Assembly: GCA_963707915.1 (NCBI GenBank)
Contig: OY970178.1
Span: 96,001 to 160,000 of the forward strand
Direction of reading: 5' to 3'
Source of the DNA: Candidatus Eiseniibacteriota bacterium
Lineage (GTDB): Bacteria; Eisenbacteria; RBG-16-71-46
DNA: 64,000 nt
The position numbers were made by a program, and so were the translations under genes. Shown here one piece after another: positions 48,761 through 58,984 of the stretch (the first letter of the stretch is position 1; each line of letters begins with the position of its first letter). The notes below the pieces were generated by a model that saw only the letters and a program-made list of their open reading frames with translations, was not told the DNA's origin and searched no databases.

Positions 48761-49021
48761 GGTGCTCCCTTTGCCCCGAGGGGGACCTGGATGCGTGTCC
48801 TGATTGCCGTGCAGCCACCCCAATCGTACCACGTTTCGCGCGATGACTGCCCGCGCGCTGCGGGGGACGGCGACCGGGGCGGCTGCGGCATTGCGAAGTG
48901 CATTCCGGGGAGGAGGGAGCGGCGATCCTGCCCGGCCGCCCGCGAATCCCCTGCCGGCCTCCCGGCCTCTCACGTTCGAGACCCGGCCCTGCCGCACCCG
49001 ACCGAACGAAAGGAACCCCGC

Positions 49022-49420
49022 ATGGAGATGACGATCAGCTTCCCCGGGGGCGCCCGCGTGGACGCCCGGTTCGGCCCGTACGTCGTGAGCACCGACCAGC
49101 CGCCCGGTGGCGGGGGAGAAGGCTCGGCACCCACCCCGTTCGCGACCTTCCTCGCCTCGCTCGGCACCTGCGCGGGCATCTACGTGCTGGGCTTCTGCCG
49201 CCAGCGCGACCTGCCGACCGAGGGCATCCGCCTGACGCAGCGCGTGGGCGTGGACCGGGCGACGGGCATGGTGGACAAGGTGGAGCTGGACATCCACGTC
49301 CCCGCCGGGTTCCCGGAGAAGTACCACTCGGCCCTGGTGCGCTCGGCCGAGCAGTGCGCGGTCAAGAAGCTGATCGAGTCGCCGCCGCGCTTCGAGATCC
49401 GCACCGTCGCGGGGGCGTAG
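49022..49420 (+). CDS. OsmC family protein
   Basis: TDQP..GGGEG..PTPF..FLASLGTC, AEQCAVKK. Confidence 0.88.
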   Translation: MEMTISFPGGARVDARFGPYVVSTDQPPGGGGEGSAPTPFATFLASLGTCAGIYVLGFCRQRDLPTEGIRLTQRVGVDRATGMVDKVELDIHVPAGFPEKYHSALVRSAEQCAVKKLIESPPRFEIRTVAGA

Positions 49421-49684
49421 GCGCGCGGGCCGCCGCGGCCGGCGGGTGCGGCGCGGCCGTCTCCCGGGAGACCGGCCGGGGCCGCGCCCGCGGCCGGCCT
49501 GATCCGCCTGCCGGGCTCGTGCGTGCCGTTCCCCGCCCCGGGACGAGGGCGGGGACTTCCACGGGCCGTCGGCCATCCACCCCGGCCCCGCCGGCCGCCG
49601 GTTGCCTCCCGGTTCCATTTTCCCCGCACTCCTCTTAGAATGCTTGGCCGTCCACTTCGCCCAGGCTTCCGAGAGGATCCGAGC

Positions 49685-50611
49685 ATGATCGAACAGTTCC
49701 ACCGACCGGCCACGATCCGCGAGGCCCTCGCCCTGAAGCAGAGATTCCAGGGGCGGTCGGTCTTCCTCGCGGGCGGGACGTTCCTCAACTCGCACGCCTG
49801 CGCCCGGTGCCCCGAGCACCGCGCCAGCCTGGCCGGGCCGCGGCACGACCGGAGCGAACGTGCGCAGGGGGCCATGTTCTCCCGCTCCCTGTGCTCGAGC
49901 AATTGCACCATGCGCCCCGAGCACCTCATCAGCCTCGCCGGGCTGGGTCACGACCGGGTCGAGACCACGCCGGGCTCGGTGGTCATCGGCCCGCTCTGCA
50001 CGCTCCAGCGGCTGATCGACGACCGGAAGGTCCCGGCAGGCCTGCGGGCGGCGGCCGCGCAGGTCGTGAGCCGCAACGTCCGCGAGATGGCCACGCTCGG
50101 CGGGCACATCGCCAGCCACCCGTCCTACAGCGACGTGATCCCCATGCTGGTGGCGCTGGCGGCGAAGGTCGGGCTGTCGCGCACCGGCGCCGCGAAGACG
50201 GTGCTGGTCGCCGACTACGTGGCGAGGCCGGTCGCGGGTCTCATCACCAAGATCGTCCTGCCGCGGCCGAAGGCGGCGCGCCGGGCCGCGTGCCGCAACG
50301 CGCGGGCCTCCGCCAACGCGCGGTCGATCGTGAGTGCCGCGGTCTCGGTGACCCGGGTCCGCGACGTCGTGAAGGATCCGATCGTCGTCGTGGGGGGCGT
50401 GGCGGAGCACGCCGTGAGGCTGACCGCGGTCGAGGACGCGCTGGACGGGAAGCGCCTGCCCGGGTTGGACGAGTTGCAGTCGCTGGCGAGCCGGACGGTG
50501 CGGCCCGCCGCCGATCTGTCGGGCAGCGCGGCGTTCCGCAGGTACCAGGCCGGGGTGGTCGTCGCCCTCGCGCTGCAGGACGTCCTCGGACCGGGACGGG
50601 GGCGGTCATGA
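49685..50611 (+). CDS. ygfM: FAD-binding subunit of a xanthine-dehydrogenase-family enzyme (YgfM-like) with a 35-aa insertion
   Basis: MIEQFHRP, FLAGGT, VREMATLGG, DLSGSAAFRRY. GAGG RBS and a TAGAAT -10 element upstream. Confidence 0.85.
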   Translation: MIEQFHRPATIREALALKQRFQGRSVFLAGGTFLNSHACARCPEHRASLAGPRHDRSERAQGAMFSRSLCSSNCTMRPEHLISLAGLGHDRVETTPGSVVIGPLCTLQRLIDDRKVPAGLRAAAAQVVSRNVREMATLGGHIASHPSYSDVIPMLVALAAKVGLSRTGAAKTVLVADYVARPVAGLITKIVLPRPKAARRAACRNARASANARSIVSAAVSVTRVRDVVKDPIVVVGGVAEHAVRLTAVEDALDGKRLPGLDELQSLASRTVRPAADLSGSAAFRRYQAGVVVALALQDVLGPGRGRS

Positions 50612-53497
50612 GGATCTCGGTCCGGATCAACGGCACGCTCCGGGAGTTCGAGGTCGACCCCGGCGAGCGGGTGCGCGACCTGCTGCGGCGCGAGCACCTC
50701 CTCTCGGTGCGCAACGGCTGCGACGGCCAGGGCAGCTGCGGCGCGTGCTCGATCCTCCTCGACGGGCGCACGGTCAACTCCTGCCTGCTGCTCGCCCCGC
50801 AGATCGACGGACGCGAGGTCCGCACCGTCGAACACCTCGCGAAGCAGCGCGAGCTCTCCGCGATCCAGTCGGCCTTCATCGACACCGGCGTGGTGCAGTG
50901 CGGCTACTGCACGCCGGCCATGCTGCTGGCGACCGAGGCGCTGCTCTCGCGGCACGAGCAGCCGACGCGCGAGCAGGTCCGCGACGCCCTCTCGGGCATG
51001 TTCTGCCGCTGCACCGGCTACGAGCAGTACTTCGCCGCGGTCGAGCTGGCGGCGAAGCGGCGCGAGGACCCGGGCCACGCCGCGACCCGGGGACAGGAGT
51101 TCCGCGATGACCTGCGCATCGTCGGCAAGCCGGGGCGCAAGGTGGACGGCCCGCGCCTGGTGCGGGGCGAGAAGGCGTACGTCGAGGACATGGCCGCGGG
51201 CGACGCCTGTCACCTGAAGGTGCTGGGCTCGCCGCACGCCCACGCCTACATCAGGTCCATCGACACGAGCCGCGCCGAGGCCATGCCGGGCGTGGTGCTG
51301 GTCCTGACCCACGAGAACTGCCCGGACGTCTGGTACAACACCGCCGGGCAGGGGTTCCCGGAGCCCTCGCCCTACGACCGCAAGATGTTCGGTGAGAAGG
51401 TGCTCCACGTCGGCGACCGCGTGGCCGCGGTCGTGGCGGAGACCGTCGAGATCGCCCGGGAGGCGCTGCGCAAGATCAAGGTCGAGTACGAGGTGCTCGA
51501 GCCCGTGCTCTCGATCGAGGCCGCCGCGGCGCCCGGCGCGCCCGTGCTGCACGACGGCGTGGTCGAGTACGTCGCCGGCGCGCCCGCGGACCTCGACAAC
51601 CGCGGCGCCGATCCCCGCGACGGCAAGGTCATCTACCAGTTCCCGATCCACGGCGACCCGCGCCGGAACATCGCGGCCAGCGTGTCCGGCGGCATCGGCG
51701 ACGTCGCGCGGGGCCTGGCCGAGGCCGAGGTCGTGATCGAGCGCGAGTACGAGACCTCGCAGGTCCAGCAGGCGCCGGTCGAGCCGCACGTGGTCTACAC
51801 CCGCATCGAGGACGAGCGGCTGGTGATCCACGCCTCGACGCAGGTCCCCTGGCACGTGCGCCGCATCGTGTCGCGGATCCTCGGCATCAACGAGAACCAG
51901 GTGCGGGTCATCAAGGAGCGCGTCGGCGGCGGCTTCGGCGCCAAGCAGGACATGGTGCTCGAGGAGGTCGCCGCGTACGCCACCTGGGTGACCGGCCGGC
52001 CGGTGCTCTACCGCATGACGCGCGAGGAGGAGTTCATCGCCTCGCGCACGCGCCACCCGATGAAGATCAAGGTCGTCCTCGGGGCGAAGCGCGACGGGAC
52101 GCTCACCGCCGTGCAGATGGACGTCCGCGCCAACACCGGCCCGTACGGGGCGCACTGCCTGACGGTCCCGATGAACGCCTGCTCGAAGAGCCTGCCGCTG
52201 CTGCTCGTGCGACAACGTCCACTTCGACGTCACGGACCTGGTACACGAACATCCCGCCCGCCGGGGCCTACCAGGGCTACGGCGCGCCCCAGGGCTCGTA
52301 CGCCCTGCAGCTGGCCTGCGCCGAGTTGGCCGACGCGCTGGGCATGGACCGCGCTGGCCTTCCTCGAGAAGAACCGGGTGCGCGAGGGGACCATGCTCGA
52401 GATCCTGCGGTGCCTGGGCGAGGGGCGCGAGGGCACCCCGCAGGAGGTCTCGAGCTGCGGCCTCGGGCCGGCGCTCGAACAGGGCAGCGCGATGATCGAG
52501 CTGGGGCACGCGCGCGAACAGCGACGATCCCGACGTGCGGATCGGCAAGGGCGTGGCGATCATCCAGCAGGGCTCCGGGCTGCCGGGCATCGACTCGGCC
52601 AACGCCTCGGTCACCCTGCTCGGCGACGGCACGTTCATGCTGCTGAGCGGCGGGACCGACATGGGCACGGGCCTCGACACGCTGGTCGTCAAGCTGGTCG
52701 CCGAGTGCCTGTGCTGCGGCATCGGCGATGTCTCGCTGATCGTGGCGGACACCGACGTCACGCCGTACGACGACGGCGCGTACGCCTCGAGCGGGACGTT
52801 CTTCTCGGGCAACGCGGCGCTGAACGCGCGCGCAGGAGATGAAGAAGAGGCTGCTCGAGACCGCCGCGCGGATGCTGGGCGAGCCGGTCGACGGACCTGG
52901 CGCTGGCGTACCCGTCCACGGTCGACGGGCGGTTCGCGCCCGGTCACCTACGCCGAGATCTCGCGCTTCACGGTCTCGGGCACCGGCACCGGGCAACTGA
53001 TGAGCTCCGCGTGCTACACGACCGACAAGGCGGCGTTCCCGTACGGCGCGCACTTCTGCCAGGTGGCGGTGAACACGCGCACCGGCGCGGTCAAGGTGCA
53101 GAAGTACTACGCGCTGCAGGACTGCGGCACGCCCATCAACCCCGAGCTGGCCCTGGGGCAGATGTACGGCGGCGCGCTCAAGACCATCGGACACTCGCTC
53201 TTCGAGGAGATGCTGCTGGACGAGCGGGGGCGCTGCCGCAACGCGAACCTGCTCGACTACAAGGTGCCGATGATCCACGACCTGCCCGACGACTTCCGGG
53301 CGGTGCTGGTCGAGACCAACGATCCCTTCGGGCCGTACGGCAGCAAGTCGGTGTCGGAGATCGCCTGCAACGGGGCGGCGCCCGCGATCGCGGCGGCGAT
53401 CCACGACGCGACCGGCGTGTGGATGCGGAGCTGGCCGTTCAGCGCGGAGAAGATCCTGCGGGCGCTGGGCCGGCTGGACGGGGAGGCGAAGCGATGA
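50608..53497 (+). CDS. xdhD: Fused 2x[2Fe-2S] plus molybdopterin-binding subunit (XdhD/YgfN-like); several frameshifts at 52200-52920
   Basis: GCDGQGSCGAC, QCGYCTP, CRCTGY, TAGQGFPEPSP, GGGFGAKQ, GYGAPQG, DMGTG, AYASS, SKSVSE. Confidence 0.88.
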
Positions 53498-54974
53498 ACA
53501 CGCCGCGCTTCATGCTCTGCCGCGCCGAGTTCCTGCTCCCGCTGGCCGCGCCGGACCGGGGCGAGCGCATCGCGGACGGCTACCTGCTGAGCGAGGGCGA
53601 GACGATCCGCGAGGTCGGCCGCTACACGCCCGGGACCGGCGCGCGCCTCCGCGCGGCCTACGGCTCCGCGCTGCACGTCGTGGGCGACCCGGCGCCGGGC
53701 GCGGAGGCGCCGCGGCTGCGCGCCGTGCTGATGCCGGCCTTCGTCAAGGCGCACGGCCACGACCACGAGCAGCCGCTCATCGGCATCGCCAAGGACGAGC
53801 CGCTGACCGACTGGCTCGACCACGCGGTCAACCCGTTCACGAGCTTCATGAACACGCAGCAGGAGCGGCTCTACCGCGAACTGGGCTCGTCGCCGCACCT
53901 GGTCACCTACCGCCTGGCCCGGGTCTGCGACATCCACTACGGCATCACCACGAGCCTGGTCCACCACTGCAACTTCAACAAGTTCCACGTCGGCGAGCTG
54001 GCGCAGGCGAACGAGGCCGCGGGCACGACCATGATCGTGGCCATCGGCGGGCAGGACCGGAACTACGTGAAGGAGGCGCTCGACCGGCCGGAGCAGGCGC
54101 TCGCGCGCCTGGACGACGCGCTCGCGTTGCCCGGCCTCGCGCGGACCACCTTCTGCCCGGGGCCGGACCAGTTCTTCTCGAACAGCCGCGAGATGCTGGT
54201 GCCGCTCAAGCGCTGGGCGCGCGAGCACGGCACGCTGTTCCACATCCACAGCGCCGAGGAGCCGCGCACCACGCGCTGGTTCAGCGCCGAGATCGAGCCG
54301 GGCCTGAGCGAGGTCGAGTTCGCCGAGTCCATCGGCATCCTCGACGGCGACACGGTGCTGGCGCACCAGGTCAACTGCGGCCCGCGGGACGTCGAGATCC
54401 TGGCCCGCACCGGCGCGCAGGTCGTGCACAACCCGCTCGCCAACACCATCCTCGGCTCGGGCATGCCGCCGGTGATCGAGATGCTCGCCGCCGGCGTGCC
54501 GGTGGCGATCTCGACCGACGGCTCGGGTTCGGCGCGACAACCAGAACATCCTGGCCGCGGCGCGGCTCGCCGCGCAGTACCAGAAGGCGCTGCACCAGGA
54601 CGCCACGCTGCTGCGCTCGCAGCAACTGCTCGAGATGATCACCAGCGTGCCCGCGCGGATGTCTGCGGCAGGACCAGGGCGAGCTGGCGCCCGGCCGGCG
54701 CGCCGACTGGATCCTGGTCGGCCTGGACCGGCCGAACCTGACGCCGACGCGCCTCGACAACCTGATGGAGAACCTCATCTGGGCGGCGGACGGCAGCGAG
54801 GTGGACACCGTGGTCGCGCGCGGGCGGCTGCTCAAGCAGGACGGCCGGGTGCTGCCGTTCGCCGACGGCACCAGCCCGGAGTCGGTCATGGCCACCGCGC
54901 AGCGGCTCTCCGAGCTCTTCGCCGAGCACCGCCGCACCGCGCCCGAGCTGAGGGGCACCGGGGCCCACCGGTAG
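53494..54974 (+). CDS. ssnA: Amidohydrolase (SsnA / purine-deaminase-like); frameshifts near 54534 and 54660
   Basis: KAHGH, HIHSAEE, LAHQV, HNPLAN, ISTDG. The C-terminus (VDTVVARGR) lies in shifted frames. Confidence 0.72.
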
Positions 54975-54978
54975 TCCG

Positions 54979-55561
54979 ATGCGCGTCGCCGCCATCCTGC
55001 TGGCCGCGGGCTCGTCCAGGCGGTTCGGTGGACCGAAGCTGCTCGCGGCCTGGCGCGGAAGACCGCTCTACGAGCACGCGCTGGACGCGCTGGTGGACTC
55101 GCCCGCGGTGGCCGAGACGGTGGTCGTCGTCCCGCCCGGCTTCCCCGCGCCCGGGGTCGCGGCCGCGCTGCCGCTTCGTGGAGAACCCGGAGCACGAGGA
55201 GGGCATGGGCGCGTCGCTGCGTGCCGGTGTGCGGGCCGTGCCCGCCGACGCGGAGGCCTATCTCATCGCGCTGGCGGACATGCCCGGGATCACCCCGGGG
55301 CTGATCGCCGCCCTGCTGGCCGGCTACGCGGCGTCCGGCCGGCGGATCCTGGTCCCGGTCCACGGCGGCCGCCGCGGCCACCCGGTGGTGATGGGCCGCG
55401 AGCTGCGCGCGGCGCTGCTTGCCGTCCGCGGGGACGTCGGCGCGCGCGCGATCATCACGGCGCATCCGGAGTGGGTCGCGGAGCTCGAGACCGCGGACGA
55501 GGCGGTGCTCTTCGACGTGGACCGGCCCGCGGACCTGGCCGTGCCGGGGGACGCCGGATGA
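54979..55561 (+). CDS. mocA: Molybdenum cofactor cytidylyltransferase; frameshift near 55150-55170
   Basis: LLAAGSSRRFGGPKL, then GMGASL, LADMP, GHPV, GDVGAR, DVD. Confidence 0.88.
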
Positions 55562-56374
55562 ACGACGGACGCGAGAAGGTGCTCGTCAAGGGCGCCGGCG
55601 AGCAGGCCTCGGCGACGGCGCACCGCCTGTTCCGCTGCGGCTACCGCGTCGCGATGACCGACCTCGAGCGCCCGACCGCCATCCGGCGCACGGTCGCCTT
55701 CTGTTCCGCGATCTACCAGGGCGAGATCGAGGTCGAGGGGGTGCGCGGCGTGCGTTCGACGATCGATGAGGTGGCCGCGCGCGCCCGGGGCGAGTGGCGG
55801 CACATCCCGGTCTGCGTGGACCCCGGGGCCCGGCTCGTCACGCTCTGGCGCCCCGACGTGATCGTCGATGCGCGCATCCTCAAGCACAACCTCGACAACC
55901 ACCTGGACGACGCGCCCCTGGTGATCGGCCTGGGGCCCGGCCTGGTGGCCGGCGCGGGACGTTCACTTCGTGGTCGAGACCATGCGCGGGCACGACCTCG
56001 GGCGCATCATCGCGAGCGGGCCGTCGTCGGGGGACACCGGCGCGCCCGGCGAGATCGGCGGGTACACGCACGAGCGCGTCGTCCGGGCGCCGGCCGACGG
56101 GATCTTCACCAGCCGACGCGCGATCGGCGAGCCGGTCGCGGCCGGCGACGCGCTGGGGAGCGTGGCGGGGATCGAGGCGAAGTCGCGGATCGCGGGCGTG
56201 CTGCGCGGCCTGCTGTGGTCCGGCCTGACCGTGACCACGGGCTTCAAGCTGGCGGACGTGGATCCCCGCGGCGACGCCGCCATGTGCTCCACGCTGTCGG
56301 ACAAGGCGCGCATCATCAGCGGCAGCGTGCTCGAGATCGTGGTGGCCCACGCCGGCCGGCGGGGCCCCGAGTGA
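55558..56374 (+). CDS. yqeB: Selenium-dependent Mo hydroxylase system protein YqeB (short form); frameshift near 55955
   Basis: VKGAG..AS, PTAIRRTVAF, VDARILK, IGLGPG, ETMRGHDLGR, DTGAPG, LRGLL, DVDPRG, SDKAR. Confidence 0.88.
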
Positions 56375-57135
56375 TCCTCGACGCGCTCGGGCTGCGGGAG
56401 CGGCGCTACGTCCACCTGATCGGCGGCGGCGGCAAGACCACGCTGATGTTCGCCGCCGCGCACGCGCTGGCCGCCGAGGGGCGCTCGGTGCTCACCACCA
56501 CCACCACGCGCATCCTCTACCCGGTGCCCGCACAGTCCGCCTGTGTCGTGCTGGGCTCGGACGCCGCGTCGCTGGTGGAGCGCCTGCGCGCCGCGTTCGC
56601 CGCACAGCGGCACGTGACCGCCGTGGCGCCGGACCCCGTGGGAGGGCGGAAGGTCGTTGGATTGACCGTCGCAGTGCTCGACGCGCTGGTGGACGCGCGC
56701 GTCGCGGAGCACGTGCTGGTCGAGGCCGATGGCGCCGCAGGGCGAGCGCTCAAGGCGCACGCGGACCACGAGCCGGTGGTCTCGCCGCGTGCCGACCTGG
56801 TCATCGCGGTCATCGGTGCGGACTGCCTGGGGGCGCCGATGGACGATGCCCACGTGCACCGCGCCGCACTGCTGCGCGAGCGGCTCGGCCGTCCGTCCGG
56901 GGCGGTCGTGACGGCGGAGGACGTGGCCGGCATCGTGCTGCACCGCGACGGCTACCTGGCGCGGGTTGCGCCCGGCTGCGAGGTCATCGCGTTCGTGAAC
57001 CAGGTGGCCACGCCGCAGGCGATGGCCCAGGGGCGCCGGCTCGCGGATGTGCTGCGGCGGGCGGACGCGGAGCGACGCCTCGCACGCGTGGTCATCGGCG
57101 ATGTGCGGGCGGGGGTGTTCGAGGCCGCCGGGTAA
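56371..57135 (+). CDS. yqeC: Selenium cofactor biosynthesis protein YqeC
   Basis: IGGGGKTT, TTTTTRI, LVEADGA, LKAH..HEPV. Confidence 0.88.
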   Translation: MILDALGLRERRYVHLIGGGGKTTLMFAAAHALAAEGRSVLTTTTTRILYPVPAQSACVVLGSDAASLVERLRAAFAAQRHVTAVAPDPVGGRKVVGLTVAVLDALVDARVAEHVLVEADGAAGRALKAHADHEPVVSPRADLVIAVIGADCLGAPMDDAHVHRAALLRERLGRPSGAVVTAEDVAGIVLHRDGYLARVAPGCEVIAFVNQVATPQAMAQGRRLADVLRRADAERRLARVVIGDVRAGVFEAAG

Positions 57136-57151
57136 GGACGCGTCGGGCGGC

Positions 57152-57181
57152 TTGCTGAGGCCATCGGCGGGATGCTAGTTT
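57152..57181 (+). promoter_or_regulatory. Putative tRNA promoter
   Basis: TTGCTG, 18 nt ending TGC, then TAGTTT. Confidence 0.4.
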
Positions 57182-57193
57182 CAATGCCCCTGA

Positions 57194-57268
57194 GGCGGCA
57201 TAGCCAAGTGGTAAGGCGAGCGCCTGCAAAGCGCTTATTCCCCGGTTCGAATCCGGGTGCCGCCTCCA
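57194..57268 (+). tRNA. tRNA-Cys (GCA)
   Basis: Acceptor stem GGCGGCA/TGCCGCC, anticodon arm AGCGC-CTGCAAA-GCGCT, TTCGAATCC, discriminator U, encoded CCA. Confidence 0.97.
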
Positions 57269-57398
57269 AGAGCATCCTCGAGTCCTGCGTGAGTTCCGCG
57301 CCCCTGGATTGCAGAAGCCTGACAACGAGGCGAAGCAGCGGGGCTAGAGTCTCTGGTCGCATCGTTGCCACTCCTGCCGTATCGGAAGAGCAAACGCC

Positions 57399-57689
57399 AT
57401 GGACGTACATCGCCTGTTGCCCTCGTCTCGCACCCGCCGGCTGGCGCTCCTGCCGGGGTTGCTGCTGCTGCTCGCGCTCGTCGCGAGCGGGGTGCACCAC
57501 CACGCCCGCGAGGACAGCTCGCACCCTTGCGCGATCTGCACGCTGAGTCACGCACCCGCGACCGCCACGGTTGCGAAGATCGATCCCGCGCCGACGCTGC
57601 ACGTCGAGCGCGTGGCCCAGGCATCGGCGGACGTACCCCGCTCCACCGGTCCCGCCTCACCCTCGAGTCGCGCTCCGCCTTCGATCTGA
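57399..57689 (+). CDS. DUF2946-like small exported protein with CxxC and a C-terminal RAPP motif
   Basis: Hydrophobic signal, HHH, CAIC, ends SSRAPPSI. Confidence 0.75.
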   Translation: MDVHRLLPSSRTRRLALLPGLLLLLALVASGVHHHAREDSSHPCAICTLSHAPATATVAKIDPAPTLHVERVAQASADVPRSTGPASPSSRAPPSI

Positions 57690-57820
57690 GGTGCTGACAG
57701 CGCGCCCCCGGCGCGCCAACGATCGAACGAGCAGAGTCCGTCCCGCCTCGCGCCAGCAGTCCAGCGGGTGCGAGGTGGCGCGCACGCTCCCGGCACGCGA
57801 CCTCTTCAAGGGAGACCTCC

Positions 57821-58972
57821 ATGTCACGCAGTCCCGCGATCCTCATTGCTCTCGTTCTTGGCAGCCGTGCTCGGCCCGCCCGTGGCCTGCGCCGGCGTCG
57901 TCAATCCGGATATCTCCGTCCTCGGCCAGCCCTTCATGCACTGGACCGACGACCCGTCGGCCACGTCACCCAAGCGGATCACATTCGACCAGGGCGAGGT
58001 CGAGATGGTCTACGACTCCTACCTGAACCCCTTCGCGAAGGGTTACTTCGTCACTTCCCTGGGGACTGACGGCCTCTCCCTCGAGGAGGGCTATTTCACG
58101 CTCTTCCGCGGTCTGCCGGGCGGGCTCGCGCTGAAGGGTGGCAAGTATCGCGTCGGCTTCGGCAAGCTGAACCAGATGCACCCGCACGCCGTGCCGTTCG
58201 CGGACCGGCCGCACGTGCTCGCCGCGTATCTACCGGGCGAGGAGTCCTTCGACGAAACCGGCGTCTCGCTCTCGGAGCGCGTACCGCTGCCCGGCACGTT
58301 CTCGCTCACCGTCTCGGGCGACTGGCTGCAGGGCGACACATTCCGGATCCCGCGGGCGCCGAGCGGCAGCACGAACGACCCGCTGGAGGCCGATCCGCAG
58401 GGTGGCGACCGCGCCGCCGAGGCGCGGCCCGCGTTCGTCGGCGCGCTCAGCGGGTTCGGCTCGATCGGCGACCGCTCGGGCTACGAACTCGCTCTCTACG
58501 CGACGGGCGGCACGAACAACGTGGCCGCCTCTACGCGCACAGCGATCTACGACGCCTCCGGCAAGCTCAAGCTGTGGACTTCGGCCAACTCCTACCTGGT
58601 CGTGCAGTGCGAGGTGCTGAAACTCGACCGCGAGGAAGCAGGCTGGGACTCGGTCGCGGCCGTGTACACGAAGTCCCGGGTGCAGCCGCTCGGTGGCTAC
58701 CTCTACGCGGACTACAACTTCAGCCCGCGCTACGACGCGGGGTTCTCCTACGAGCGCTACCAGCAGCCGAACGCTGGACGAAGACCTGGGACCAGGCGGT
58801 GGGCGCGTTCGTCGGGCTCGCGCTCATGGAGGAGACCAGTTCCTTCCGGCTGGAATGGAACCGCCTCCTGCCCGGCACGCCCACCGGCGTGTCCGTGAAT
58901 CCGCGAGCCATCAACACGCTCACGCTGCGCGTCATCTACTCGATGGGCCCGCACAAGGCCCACCAGTTCTAG
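57821..58972 (+). CDS. Outer-membrane barrel linked to metal ABC uptake; frameshifts near 57858 and 58772
   Basis: GGGAG then ATG 57821. Signal peptide, NPDISV, LEEGY, FGKLNQMHPH..PF, C-terminal GPHKAHQF. Confidence 0.75.
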
Positions 58973-58984
58973 AGGAGCGAACCC

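Noticed and set aside
54979..57135. 718-aa MocA-YqeC fusion
   Set aside because: Artefact of frameshifts; mocA, yqeB and yqeC have separate starts and stops.
29320..57135. Selenocysteine recoding in the Psr or Xdh genes
   Set aside because: No in-frame TGA at catalytic positions; the breaks are frameshifts and PsrA has a Cys ligand.
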